Below, piece after piece: positions 1-8,955 of a stretch of DNA of 64,000 nt (position 1 is the stretch's first letter; every line of letters begins with the position of its first letter). A model generated the notes under the pieces. The model was not told where the DNA came from. It saw nothing but the letters and a program-made list of their open reading frames with translations, and ran no database searches. Location of the stretch: IMG/VR virus record IMGVR_UViG_3300017909_003066, positions 45,043-109,042 of that record. The stretch is one strand, 5' to 3'. Source of the DNA: a virus. Lineage: Duplodnaviria > Caudoviricetes. Made by a program: the position numbers and the translations under genes.

Positions 1-99
1 TTCCTAATCTGCGACTAATTTTATATCTTTTAGTTACATTTAAAGGAATTTCTAATCCGCCATTGTTTGTTTGAATACGTGCTTTCATAATGTTATTTA

Positions 100-462
100 T
101 TAGGTTTCGTTTCTGCTTACGTACGGCTTCAATGAACGACCCATAACAAATATACATGCAACATCATCGCCGTTAGTAGGTGTTACTACAATAGAAAATG
201 AACCTGATTTAGGATTGTAATAAAAATGCATTGGTCCTTCAAGCATTTGTCCATTAGGAATACGCCATGCAACTATACCTTCCATAAAAGGTATTTCTTC
301 ATAGCGATCAGTAATTTCTGCAATAGAGTCTTTCTTACCACAATCAACTAAGATAGGTAGATTTACTATTGGTGTCTCGACTTCGTGTTCTTGAGCAAGT
401 GATTTTATTGGAATAAAACAGGCCCAGAAAACTAGTCCTAGTATAAGGGCCAATTTTGTCAT
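100..462 (-). CDS. Secreted hypothetical protein (likely start MTKLAL)
   Basis: ORF 100..570; hydrophobic signal-like N-terminus from the internal Met. Confidence 0.6.
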   Translation of the reverse strand: MTKLALILGLVFWACFIPIKSLAQEHEVETPIVNLPILVDCGKKDSIAEITDRYEEIPFMEGIVAWRIPNGQMLEGPMHFYYNPKSGSFSIVVTPTNGDDVACIFVMGRSLKPYVSRNET

Positions 463-481
463 ATTAATATTTATACCTAGA

Positions 482-718
482 TTACTTGGTAATATTTTTT
501 TCGTTAACAGATTTTTTGTAAACACTGAACGCCTCCGTATCTGAAACTTTACGAAGTATTCCGTATTCATTTACTCGAAAAATATCTCCGGGTTTGTACA
601 GAAAACTGTCTTTTTTGGTACCATCCTTGCTAATACCCATAACTTCACCAGGCCAATCTCCTTTGACAGAAAAACTGCCATCAGGAAAACTTTCGATTGT
701 ATAATCTATCCATAACAT
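482..718 (-). CDS. Hypothetical phage protein
   Basis: 78 aa ORF, co-oriented, purine-rich RBS upstream. Confidence 0.6.
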   Translation of the reverse strand: MLWIDYTIESFPDGSFSVKGDWPGEVMGISKDGTKKDSFLYKPGDIFRVNEYGILRKVSDTEAFSVYKKSVNEKNITK

Positions 719-730
719 TCATAGTACCCC

Positions 731-904
731 TTATAATCCTATCAAACGCCAACCGTGATTTGCTATTGCGTTTAAGATAATAGCAATGCAAGTAAGAATG
801 TGCAACACCACCCACCCAGAACGAATAATTGCCACTCTGTCAGAACGATTGTTATCTTCTTCATAGGCTTTGGCTCCGATTGCTTTGCACCAAATTTCCC
901 ACAC
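731..904 (-). CDS. Small membrane protein (MWEIWCKAIG...)
   Basis: 57 aa GTG-start ORF read by hand; fills the gap; C-terminal hydrophobic helix. Confidence 0.55.
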   Translation of the reverse strand: MWEIWCKAIGAKAYEEDNNRSDRVAIIRSGWVVLHILTCIAIILNAIANHGWRLIGL

Positions 905-906
905 AA

Positions 907-1071
907 TTATACCGTTTCATTTTTTACTTCATTAACCATACCGTATACTTCGATAAGGTTTTTAATTTGCTCTGCAAGATGTGGCCACTTATATGTAAGT
1001 GTTTCCGCAAAGTCATTACGTTGCTGAACATTCATTCTAGCAAATGTTTCTACTAGTTCGTTAATATCCAT
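907..1071 (-). CDS. Hypothetical protein (MDINELVETF...)
   Basis: 54 aa ORF read by hand, with AGGAG RBS. Confidence 0.6.
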   Translation of the reverse strand: MDINELVETFARMNVQQRNDFAETLTYKWPHLAEQIKNLIEVYGMVNEVKNETV

Positions 1072-1254
1072 TTTATTTCTCCTCTAAGAAACTTTTACTG
1101 CAATATAAATGCATAAGAAAAGAATTACTAACTTACCCCAATCTAAATCGAAGTCAGTACCTTCTCCAAACTTTCTTTTGAATTCACTTATCTTCATTTG
1201 ATTCTCCTTACTATAAAATTATACTATACACGGGTAATTGATATTTGTCAACCA

Positions 1255-1524
1255 CTAAATGCTTGAGGAATCTTTATTATACCCTAAAGTAAAAATTTGT
1301 TTCACAGTTTTTTCTTCAACACAACTAATCATACTTGGTCGATCTTTAGTGCCAAACTCCTGTATAATTTTACGTGAAATACTTGTCATGTTCTGTTTTG
1401 CAAATTGTTTGCACTCTGCCTGTGTATTAAAAGTATTATCAAACACAAAAAAGTCTCGTCCGCCATCTGCATGTATTAAAGTCATAATAGCAACTATAAA
1501 AAATTTCATTAGTTTGCCTTCCAC
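1255..1524 (-). CDS. Small secreted hypothetical protein
   Basis: Signal-like N-terminus, two Cys. Confidence 0.55.
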   Translation of the reverse strand: MEGKLMKFFIVAIMTLIHADGGRDFFVFDNTFNTQAECKQFAKQNMTSISRKIIQEFGTKDRPSMISCVEEKTVKQIFTLGYNKDSSSI

Positions 1525-1766
1525 CTATAAACCTCTTCAGTACAGAAGTTTCTTAAGAACATACAGGTATTTTCTTTTTTACATACTCTTTCGTGTTTAC
1601 TGTTTTCCCAACAATCACTAGAAAACCCTCTCATCGCTACATACTTCGACCAACCACTATCAATTGAAAGTATTGCTATAGAGGGCAAAACAAAAAATAT
1701 AAAAATTATCCATAAAAACGCAGGTGCAAAACCTTTGTTATGATATGGCTCGTTAAAATCACTCAT
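1509..1766 (-). CDS. Small membrane protein with Cys-rich C-terminus
   Basis: One TM helix, 4 Cys. Confidence 0.6.
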   Translation of the reverse strand: MSDFNEPYHNKGFAPAFLWIIFIFFVLPSIAILSIDSGWSKYVAMRGFSSDCWENSKHERVCKKENTCMFLRNFCTEEVYRWKAN

Positions 1767-2142
1767 TAAATTTATCTCCTTTCATAAAACCGCCTGCCCT
1801 AATTTCTTGTATATATCCTTCTAATTCTTTTGCATCTGGATGATCTGCATAGACGCCACCTAATTCAAAATCACGTTCGTCAAGTATAGGACCTCTACTG
1901 TCAATATCACGTAAAAACATAGTGTATTGATCAAGTAGAGAATCCTTAACAAAATCTTCTAGTTTAAACTCAGGTTTGACTTCTTCAATTTCAATATCAA
2001 ATGCATCAACTGCCGGCATATGAACATCACACCACATCATAGGTACTCCGTCATCGCCGTAGTAACATTCAACTATTTCGTACCAATAAGTATCAGGACT
2101 TTCTTTTTGATACCTACGCATAATTCTGAAATTCCAAGTCAT
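1759..2142 (-). CDS. Hypothetical phage protein
   Basis: MTWNFRIM...IVECYY motif typical of small phage proteins. Confidence 0.65.
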   Translation of the reverse strand: MTWNFRIMRRYQKESPDTYWYEIVECYYGDDGVPMMWCDVHMPAVDAFDIEIEEVKPEFKLEDFVKDSLLDQYTMFLRDIDSRGPILDERDFELGGVYADHPDAKELEGYIQEIRAGGFMKGDKFNE

Positions 2143-2151
2143 AATTTTTCC

Positions 2152-2391
2152 CTAATTAATAACTATAAAAGGCTCTAATGGCTTTTCATCTTGATCAGGA
2201 TGCCAGTGAGTAACATCGCCAGTTAACCATCCATAATCACAATAAAAGATACTCATACCAGGCCACTCATTGCCTTCATCATCAACATATAAGCCTCCAT
2301 AAAAGCCCCTATGGATACCTACCACATCAAAGTAATACCAACACGGTTCTCCTACAGTAGGAAGTTTTTCATTTACATTAATCCAACTCAT
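2152..2391 (-). CDS. DUF551-like protein
   Basis: MSWINVNEKLP...VTHWHP signature. Confidence 0.65.
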   Translation of the reverse strand: MSWINVNEKLPTVGEPCWYYFDVVGIHRGFYGGLYVDDEGNEWPGMSIFYCDYGWLTGDVTHWHPDQDEKPLEPFIVIN

Positions 2392-2412
2392 TTATTTTTC
2401 CTTTCAAAAGAT

Positions 2413-2496
2413 TGGTGCGACCACCCGGACTCGAACCGGGACGCCATAAGCGACAGATTTTAAGTCTGTTGTGTCTACCTATTCCACCATGGTCGC
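2413..2496 (-). tRNA. tRNA-Leu(UAA)
   Basis: Cloverleaf GCGACCA...TGGTCGC-A-CCA, anticodon arm ACAGA-CT-TAA-AA-TCTGT, long variable arm. Confidence 0.95.
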
Positions 2497-2544
2497 TAAT
2501 AATCTATTCCTTGTTCAAGTTTGTTGGATTGTACTAATTTTATT

Positions 2545-2638
2545 TGGTAGGGGAGGCGGGATTCGAACCCACATCGCTCTCTAATCTGGAGACTTTGCCG
2601 AGTATAAGCCGGGTGTTTTACCATTAAACTACTCCCCC
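2545..2638 (-). tRNA. tRNA with UAU anticodon (Ile-type) and a long (~24 nt) variable arm
   Basis: GGGGGAG...CTCCCCT-A-CCA acceptor, GTGGG-TTCGAAT-CCCGC T arm, CCCGG-CT-TAT-AC-TCGGC anticodon arm. Confidence 0.8.
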
Positions 2639-2768
2639 CTTATCTACTCTATCTCAGATATGTTTTCTATGTCTTTAAATTTTACAACAAAGGATTTGTT
2701 GCTCATTTCAATTATCCTCTTGTGGATGTCTAACTATGTGTTTAATATACTATAGGAAGGATAGTATG

Positions 2769-3470
2769 TCAAGCACTTTGTAGGTAAGAATATACCTTTT
2801 TGAGTAATTTTTTTATCACAGGATGTTTAGTATCAAAACCCCACATAGCCATATAACCTAAAAGATTAGGAGACAACAAATATCCTAGTTCGTCTTTAAG
2901 TCCTGCTGATGAACTAACATTCCTTAACAAGTCTATCGCTTTATCTTTTCCAACGGCTCTGTCTAATTCAGTAGAAATATTTTTTGCAAATGCTTCAATC
3001 TCATCATCGTTACCTAAGTATTTTTTTGCTCTTATCATATCAGGTTCTTTTGCTTTTGTCTTATAATCACGTTGACGAACAAAGTTACGTGAACGATACT
3101 GTTGCATGTGAATAATTTCATGTTCTAGTGCATCTACTATTCTGTTCTTAATGTTTTCAACACCTTCGGGAGAAAATACAATAGTTTTATCTTTTTTGCT
3201 AAAGATTAATTCCAAGTAAAAAGGTTCTAATCCTTCTTCGTCATCTACAGGATCATATGCCGCATTCATGTTCATATCTCCTGGTTCTACATTTTTACTT
3301 GTTTGTATACCTACTTCTGCTACACCAAATTGTGCTAAAGTATTTTGTAACATTTTAGCAATATCTTTTCTAGTTTTAGGATCACCACTATTAATAAAGT
3401 TAATAAAAGGGTCTAGTGCCGCTTCTATTTCCTTTCTATTAGCAGGTTGTGTGATTTCCTCTAAACGCAT
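2769..3470 (-). CDS. Zincin-like metallopeptidase-fold protein, probably late/virion
   Basis: HEIIH motif plus downstream EIEAFA; TAAATA at 3476-3481. Confidence 0.6.
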   Translation of the reverse strand: MRLEEITQPANRKEIEAALDPFINFINSGDPKTRKDIAKMLQNTLAQFGVAEVGIQTSKNVEPGDMNMNAAYDPVDDEEGLEPFYLELIFSKKDKTIVFSPEGVENIKNRIVDALEHEIIHMQQYRSRNFVRQRDYKTKAKEPDMIRAKKYLGNDDEIEAFAKNISTELDRAVGKDKAIDLLRNVSSSAGLKDELGYLLSPNLLGYMAMWGFDTKHPVIKKLLKKVYSYLQSA

Positions 3471-3478
3471 AATACTAT

Positions 3479-3967
3479 TTAATTGATTTTGTATTCAAAG
3501 TTTTGAGTGTCTTCGCTTACTTTAATCTGTTTAGCGCCGTTTTTGATATGAAAATGTGTTGCCATTGGAGTCAATGGTGATAGTGTAACTAATCTTTGGA
3601 AGTTATTTTGTTTTGCCCATTCGCCTAACTTTTGTATTATCTCTCTACCTGCACCACGTTTACGTGACCATACTGTATATGCAACTACTATTTCGCCACG
3701 TTGTCCATCTTGATTAGCCGCCTGTGACATATAGTCCATTTCTCTTACAGTGTAAGGAACTTCAGGGCATAGTGCAACACAAACGATTGCTTCTATTTCA
3801 TCGTTGTATTTTAATCCGAATATCTTTCGTCCGTGTGTTATTCTAAAACCTAATGTAAGTTCCGGTCTAACAGGATCCTCGCTTACATCAATATCATCTA
3901 GTTCAACAAGTTCTGTCCCTTTGACCCACTTGAAGAAATCATTTATATTGTCTTTAAATTTCTGCAT
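3479..3967 (-). CDS. GNAT-like hypothetical protein
   Basis: YTVWSRKRGAGREII acetyl-CoA-binding-like motif; FH..NGA. Confidence 0.5.
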   Translation of the reverse strand: MQKFKDNINDFFKWVKGTELVELDDIDVSEDPVRPELTLGFRITHGRKIFGLKYNDEIEAIVCVALCPEVPYTVREMDYMSQAANQDGQRGEIVVAYTVWSRKRGAGREIIQKLGEWAKQNNFQRLVTLSPLTPMATHFHIKNGAKQIKVSEDTQNFEYKIN

Positions 3968-4148
3968 CTTTTTTCTTTATACTCCATGCACCGTGATCTA
4001 ATTCTTCCCAAATAAGTGTGTCACCTTCGTCCCAACCAACTTGATCTAAACTGCCTTGTGGAAATTCAATATACAGTTCTTTAGTTTTACTGTTCTCTTT
4101 TACTTCCACTACCCAACTGTTCGGTCCGGTTTGCCGAGGATTCTTCAT
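3954..4148 (-). CDS. AbrB/MazE-like small protein
   Basis: IEFP...QVGWDEGDTLIW swapped-hairpin pattern. Confidence 0.55.
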   Translation of the reverse strand: MKNPRQTGPNSWVVEVKENSKTKELYIEFPQGSLDQVGWDEGDTLIWEELDHGAWSIKKKDAEI

Positions 4149-4159
4149 TTTAAAACTCC

Positions 4160-4723
4160 TTATAAAAGTTGATCAGCAATGCCCATGTCTATCATTTGTT
4201 TTGCTGTATAATATTGATCTGAAGGATTTTTGATAAACTTGTTTCTTACTTCCTGCATAGACATACCAGTTGCCTCCTTCAATATATTTAAGCAACGCAA
4301 TTCGCAGTTTTGATTTTCTTTCATTTGTGCCCTCATGTCATGCATTTTAGATTCCATGCTGTCACTATGTTGATGATTCATTATACCTGTGTTCTTACCA
4401 ATGTATCTGTAACCTTGAGAACCACTTGCAAAAATTAAAAAACCTGCACTCATAATAGCACCAACACCTACCGTGCTTATATGATGATAACTTGTTTTCA
4501 TTACATCAATTAGTGCAAACATCTCATACAAATCACCTCCTGGTGTGTTGAGATATAATTCTAAAACTCTTTTTGGTTTCTTTACTAGGTTTGCACTTAA
4601 TATCCATTTGATTGCTTCACTTACATTTTCATTTGTAAGTTCGCCATGAAGATAATGTATATCGGCATCTAATAATGCTCTATCTATTGCATCGCTGGCT
4701 GTCCAATTTTCGTATTTAGGCAT
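4160..4723 (-). CDS. clpP: ATP-dependent Clp protease proteolytic subunit
   Basis: LYLNTPGG, IMSAGFLI (Ser), MNHQ (His), DQYYTA..GIAD. Confidence 0.9.
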   Translation of the reverse strand: MPKYENWTASDAIDRALLDADIHYLHGELTNENVSEAIKWILSANLVKKPKRVLELYLNTPGGDLYEMFALIDVMKTSYHHISTVGVGAIMSAGFLIFASGSQGYRYIGKNTGIMNHQHSDSMESKMHDMRAQMKENQNCELRCLNILKEATGMSMQEVRNKFIKNPSDQYYTAKQMIDMGIADQLL

Positions 4724-4729
4724 AATTAT

Positions 4730-4758
4730 AATATACGTATATTTAGTGTAAATGTCAA
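4730..4758 (-). promoter_or_regulatory. Sigma70-like promoter for clpP
   Basis: TTGACA-N17-TATATT on the minus strand. Confidence 0.55.
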
Positions 4759-4765
4759 CCTTTTA

Positions 4766-4890
4766 ATACTCCAAGCACGGCCCCCATCCCGCCTGCTTGA
4801 TGAATCGCCTCATTGATCACGGAGTACCTACCTAACTACGCTCACGGAAATGCGATTCTTTCCTTTTTGCAGTACTTTTTAGCACTGCGA
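4766..4890 (-). ncRNA. Candidate structured RNA between tRNA-Arg and clpP
   Basis: GC-rich, ORF-free, multiple stems (TACTCC/GGAGTA, CAAGCA/TGCTTG, GCAGTGCT/AGTACTGC, GGAAA/TTTCC). Confidence 0.45.
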
Positions 4891-4893
4891 TTT

Positions 4894-4970
<77 letters not shown>

Positions 4971-5189
4971 TTAGTAATATCTTACTCTGCTCCCTGCACC
5001 TTCAACTTCGTCCAAACCTGTCTCATCTTTGGACAGATAGCGATAGCCGTTGTAATTCTCAGTTTCCATTAGCACTGCTTCAATTAAAGACATCATTGCT
5101 TCGCGACCATCAGCACTTGAATTGGGGTGTGCAAGATACGAATTAACGTACTTTTTCACTGTATCTACTGCGATTGTTTTGCGAGACAT
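4971..5189 (-). CDS. Hypothetical protein
   Basis: 72 aa, GAGGAG RBS, sigma70 promoter upstream. Confidence 0.7.
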   Translation of the reverse strand: MSRKTIAVDTVKKYVNSYLAHPNSSADGREAMMSLIEAVLMETENYNGYRYLSKDETGLDEVEGAGSRVRYY

Positions 5190-5295
5190 TTGTCTCTCCT
5201 CTTGCTGTGTCTAACTATGCTTATAATATAACACCTACTGTATATACTGTCAAGTATTAATTTGTTATTTTGGTAAATAATTACATAGCGAGGAT

Positions 5296-5583
5296 GTGTA
5301 CAGAATGGACTTTTTAACATTTGTGGGCGAGGTCGGTTTTCCGATAGCAGGAGCCGTGGCCGCAGGTGCGTTTGTTTTTATAACCTTGAAATTCATACTT
5401 GCATCAGTAACAGGATCAGTACAAGGATTGAAAGGTATTATTCAGGCACTTGATAATAGGGTACAAACGATGAACAACGATTTAGTAAAGATCGATGCTT
5501 TACTATCTTACGTCTTAAGTGTAAGGCCAAACGTTGATCGTATTGCCGCCAATGAAGGAAAAGAGGACGCAAGACGTGATTAA
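5296..5583 (+). CDS. Small membrane/coiled-coil protein (paralog A)
   Basis: VGFPIAGAV TM helix, then MNNDLVKIDALL coiled coil. Confidence 0.75.
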   Translation: MYRMDFLTFVGEVGFPIAGAVAAGAFVFITLKFILASVTGSVQGLKGIIQALDNRVQTMNNDLVKIDALLSYVLSVRPNVDRIAANEGKEDARRD

Positions 5584-5586
5584 AAA

Positions 5587-5925
5587 ATGACTACAGAATT
5601 AGCCAACGCAATAAAAGACTTCGGCTTTCCAATAGTTGCCGCAATGGGTCTTGGTTACTTCGTGTTCTATGTGTGGCGTTGGGTCACAATGGAAATCAAA
5701 CCTGTGCTAGGTGAAGCACAATCTACATTAATAAAATTAGTTGACAGAGTAAGAATGTTGGACAATGATATGATTAGATTAAACACTAAATTAAGTATGG
5801 TGTTAGAATATAAAAATGAGATAGAAGAGTCAACTGGTAAAAAATTTGATACAGACGAATTGAATGAAATTTTAGAAAAATATAAAACTAGTTCTGAAAC
5901 ATTTAATTCAACAGGAAAAAAATAA
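5587..5925 (+). CDS. Small membrane/coiled-coil protein (paralog B)
   Basis: FGFPIVAAM TM helix, then LDNDMIRLNTKL. Confidence 0.75.
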   Translation: MTTELANAIKDFGFPIVAAMGLGYFVFYVWRWVTMEIKPVLGEAQSTLIKLVDRVRMLDNDMIRLNTKLSMVLEYKNEIEESTGKKFDTDELNEILEKYKTSSETFNSTGKK

Positions 5926-6064
5926 TGACCGAAAGAGATATCTATGAACTTGAGGCTCAAAAACGTTTCCGTAAGTCAATAGGTGACCAGATTTGGACAC
6001 ATACTGATTTAGCAAAATACATGGTAGTTGGAATGTTACTAGGCGTTGTATTAGGAAATGTTGT

Positions 6065-6439
6065 GTGTCAGTTTATATCGTAATTAATTTACTATTCTTT
6101 TTAGTAATAAAACATTGTATTGCCGACCTAGCGATACAGAAACTATTCCCTAGTAACAAATTACAGTATCTTAACAAAGATGCTCATAAGCACTACTTAC
6201 ATCATGCAATAGGCAGTTTTACAGTAGGCATATTTTTTAACGTTTATTTTGCGACATTAATTTTTGTTTTAGACTATTTAATTCACTGGCACGTTGATTT
6301 TGTAAAGACTCATGTGAAAAAGTTTTTTGATCTTGACGAAAGTGATCGTATGTTTTGGGTTTTACAGTCTGTGGATCAAGCACTGCACTTTTCGACTTAC
6401 TACCTATTCGTAATTCTATTTCTGCAATTCTACTCTTAA
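6065..6439 (+). CDS. DUF3307-like membrane protein
   Basis: KH.IAD...Q, H..H, HWHVD..K, DQALH motifs. Confidence 0.75.
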   Translation: MSVYIVINLLFFLVIKHCIADLAIQKLFPSNKLQYLNKDAHKHYLHHAIGSFTVGIFFNVYFATLIFVLDYLIHWHVDFVKTHVKKFFDLDESDRMFWVLQSVDQALHFSTYYLFVILFLQFYS

Positions 6440-6471
6440 TTGAGCGAACTCTATTTTCAAGATCGAAATCA

Positions 6472-8511
6472 TTACTTACTGGTTGCGACGTAGACTCCGT
6501 TCCATGTTTCATTTGTAATATTTTGTAAAGCCATTTCATTACATCTTCCAATCATAGTCTCATAATATTTTTTATTTTGCTGTGGTCCATTTTTTGCTAG
6601 TTTTTCTGCTTTGTCTATTGCTTTAGTCCACTCTGCTTTTCTATAATATTCTAAAAACAATTCGTGTGCCCTGTAATAGTTTTCCTTTTGTTCTTCTAAC
6701 ATTATAGTGAAAATTCTTGCTGGTTCTGTTTTACCTTTTACTGCAATCAAATCTAATTCTACGTACTTGAATAAATCATCTTTACTTGACTCACCTATTA
6801 GTAATTGTTGCCCATACTCTTTGGACTGTCCTTCAAGTCTTGCGGCAAGATTGACAGCATCTCCAAGCACTGAATAATCAAAACGTTGATCTGATCCCAT
6901 ATTACCGACGACAACATCGCCAGTGTTAATACCAATACCAATATTAATAGGAAGTAGTCCCTCACTCTCCAACTCATTGTTTAACTCCTTTAGTCCTTTT
7001 AACATATCAATTGCTGTTTGTGTTGCTAGTTTCTTTTGCTCAGGAACATCTAAAGGTGCGTTCCAAAAGGCCATTAATGCATCTCCAATATATTTGTCTA
7101 TTGTTCCTTGATTAGTCATAACAATATTTGTCATAGGAGTCATATAGCGATTAATTAATTTTGTTAATCCTTGTGGATTAGTTTTATACTGTTCTGAAAT
7201 CGGAGTAAAACCTCTTATGTCCGAAAACAGTATAGTAAGTTCTTTAGTTTCGCCTCCCAATTTAAGTAAATCTGGATTCTTCTGTAATTTTTTAACCATT
7301 GCAGGTGCAAGGTAATGTTCAAACTGTTTTTTAATTTGTTGTTTTAATTGGAACTCTCTAACAAAGCGATTGAATACTGCATGGAATCCAACTATGGTAG
7401 ATACTACTACAATCCAACTCCAATCCCATAACTGTAAATGCCTTGTAAACGTAAAATAAGCGCCGTACACGGTGGTTGAATAAACTGCTAATATAACTGC
7501 TCCAACTACCCAGTAAGGTGCACGTACGGCGGTTACAATAAGCAATAAACCTATGATTATAGACGTTATATACTCTAAGAATGTAGCATAATCATAACGT
7601 ACTATATTATCTCCATTTACAATAGTTTGGATAGCAGTTGCTGGTAAAATATGCCGAGAAACTTCTCCATTTGGTGTTGCAATAATACTACCTAAACCTT
7701 CAGCAGTTGTTCCAATTATTACTATTTTTCCTGCAAGTGGAGAATAATCTTCCTCTGCCAAACTGATTGATTCAAATTGTTTATTCCACCTAATCCAAAT
7801 TCTTCCATTAGCATCAGTTTGAATAGTTTGATAAGCAGGTACTCGCATAGCAATAATACCGCCTTCTCCTGCTTTTACTTGATAACTTGGATCTCCTACT
7901 GCAACTCTAATGGTTTCTATAGCAATGCTAGGATATACTTCTTCACCTATTTTCATCAACAATGGTAGGCGTCTTGTTACACCATCTATTTCAGGTGCAG
8001 TGTTTATTACTCCAACTCCGTCAGCATTTTGTCCTAGGATTTCTATTGGCCCTAACATACCAGGCCACTCAAATAACCACGGCATTGGATCACCTATTTT
8101 AGCAACACCTCTTGGCACTGCATTTTTGTTTACTCCTTGTGAAGTTCCAACCTGTGCAATGATAATACCGTTGCCGGAAAGTTTTTGTGCTAGTTCTAAA
8201 TCACCACCTAGCCTATCTGGTTCAGAAAACAATACTGGAAGAACAATTACTCCAACGCCTGTTTCTCTTAATTTTTGTATAACATCTGCAAGTACATCAC
8301 GTTTCCAAGGCCATTGCCCATACTTTTCAATAGCACGTTCATCTATTTCTAATATTGCAATATCTTGTGATAATACTGGTGTGTCATACTGTTGTATAAC
8401 ATCAAAGGATTTAAGTCGTAGTAATTGCTTTACATAAGGGTCGGATAACCCTATAAAAGATATGACTGCAAGGGTCAGAATAGCAGATACCCAATGTGTT
8501 AACCATTTCAT
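6472..8511 (-). CDS. CHASE2-domain class III adenylate cyclase
   Basis: CHASE2 (IDERAIEKYGQWPWKR, DGVTRRLPL), 3 TM helices, cyclase motifs FSDIRGFT, DKYIGDA, FDYSVLGDAVNLAARLEG. Confidence 0.92.
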   Translation of the reverse strand: MKWLTHWVSAILTLAVISFIGLSDPYVKQLLRLKSFDVIQQYDTPVLSQDIAILEIDERAIEKYGQWPWKRDVLADVIQKLRETGVGVIVLPVLFSEPDRLGGDLELAQKLSGNGIIIAQVGTSQGVNKNAVPRGVAKIGDPMPWLFEWPGMLGPIEILGQNADGVGVINTAPEIDGVTRRLPLLMKIGEEVYPSIAIETIRVAVGDPSYQVKAGEGGIIAMRVPAYQTIQTDANGRIWIRWNKQFESISLAEEDYSPLAGKIVIIGTTAEGLGSIIATPNGEVSRHILPATAIQTIVNGDNIVRYDYATFLEYITSIIIGLLLIVTAVRAPYWVVGAVILAVYSTTVYGAYFTFTRHLQLWDWSWIVVVSTIVGFHAVFNRFVREFQLKQQIKKQFEHYLAPAMVKKLQKNPDLLKLGGETKELTILFSDIRGFTPISEQYKTNPQGLTKLINRYMTPMTNIVMTNQGTIDKYIGDALMAFWNAPLDVPEQKKLATQTAIDMLKGLKELNNELESEGLLPINIGIGINTGDVVVGNMGSDQRFDYSVLGDAVNLAARLEGQSKEYGQQLLIGESSKDDLFKYVELDLIAVKGKTEPARIFTIMLEEQKENYYRAHELFLEYYRKAEWTKAIDKAEKLAKNGPQQNKKYYETMIGRCNEMALQNITNETWNGVYVATSK

Positions 8512-8519
8512 ATGTGTAT

Positions 8520-8948
8520 TTAACTAATATTGCACCAATATTGTTCGGCGCCAGGTTGTAGAGAATCACAACCTCTGATTAGTAGTTCTAACATTTCAGG
8601 AAGATCTTGTGCAATACCTGTAATCATTGCAAGTAAAATAAACAGGAAAAATAATATGAAAGGACTTAATAGTATCAACCACCAATAGGTTCTAAATATC
8701 CCGTGACCGTGTGCTTTACGATATTCACGTTTACGTGCAAACCAATGTACTATTGCTCTTGCAATACGTTTAAGTCCGCCTACAAACCAATCACCTATAA
8801 AGTACCTAATGATTCTAACAACAATAAGGACAGGACTTGCAATAACTTCCCATATTAAAAGTAAGGCATCAACACAAAGATCAACAACATGATCTATTGT
8901 CCACCATTCTTTAAACCGTTGCCAACGGCTTTTTTGTTTTGTCTCCAT
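8520..8948 (-). CDS. Trp/Arg-rich membrane protein
   Basis: Two hydrophobic segments; lies between curlin and cyclase genes. Confidence 0.65.
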   Translation of the reverse strand: METKQKSRWQRFKEWWTIDHVVDLCVDALLLIWEVIASPVLIVVRIIRYFIGDWFVGGLKRIARAIVHWFARKREYRKAHGHGIFRTYWWLILLSPFILFFLFILLAMITGIAQDLPEMLELLIRGCDSLQPGAEQYWCNIS

Positions 8949-8955
8949 AACGTAT

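Noticed and set aside
6237-6551. Minus-strand 104 aa ORF after the cyclase
   Set aside because: It overlaps both the cyclase end and the antisense DUF3307-like gene, which has clear family motifs; probably a shadow ORF, though not fully excluded
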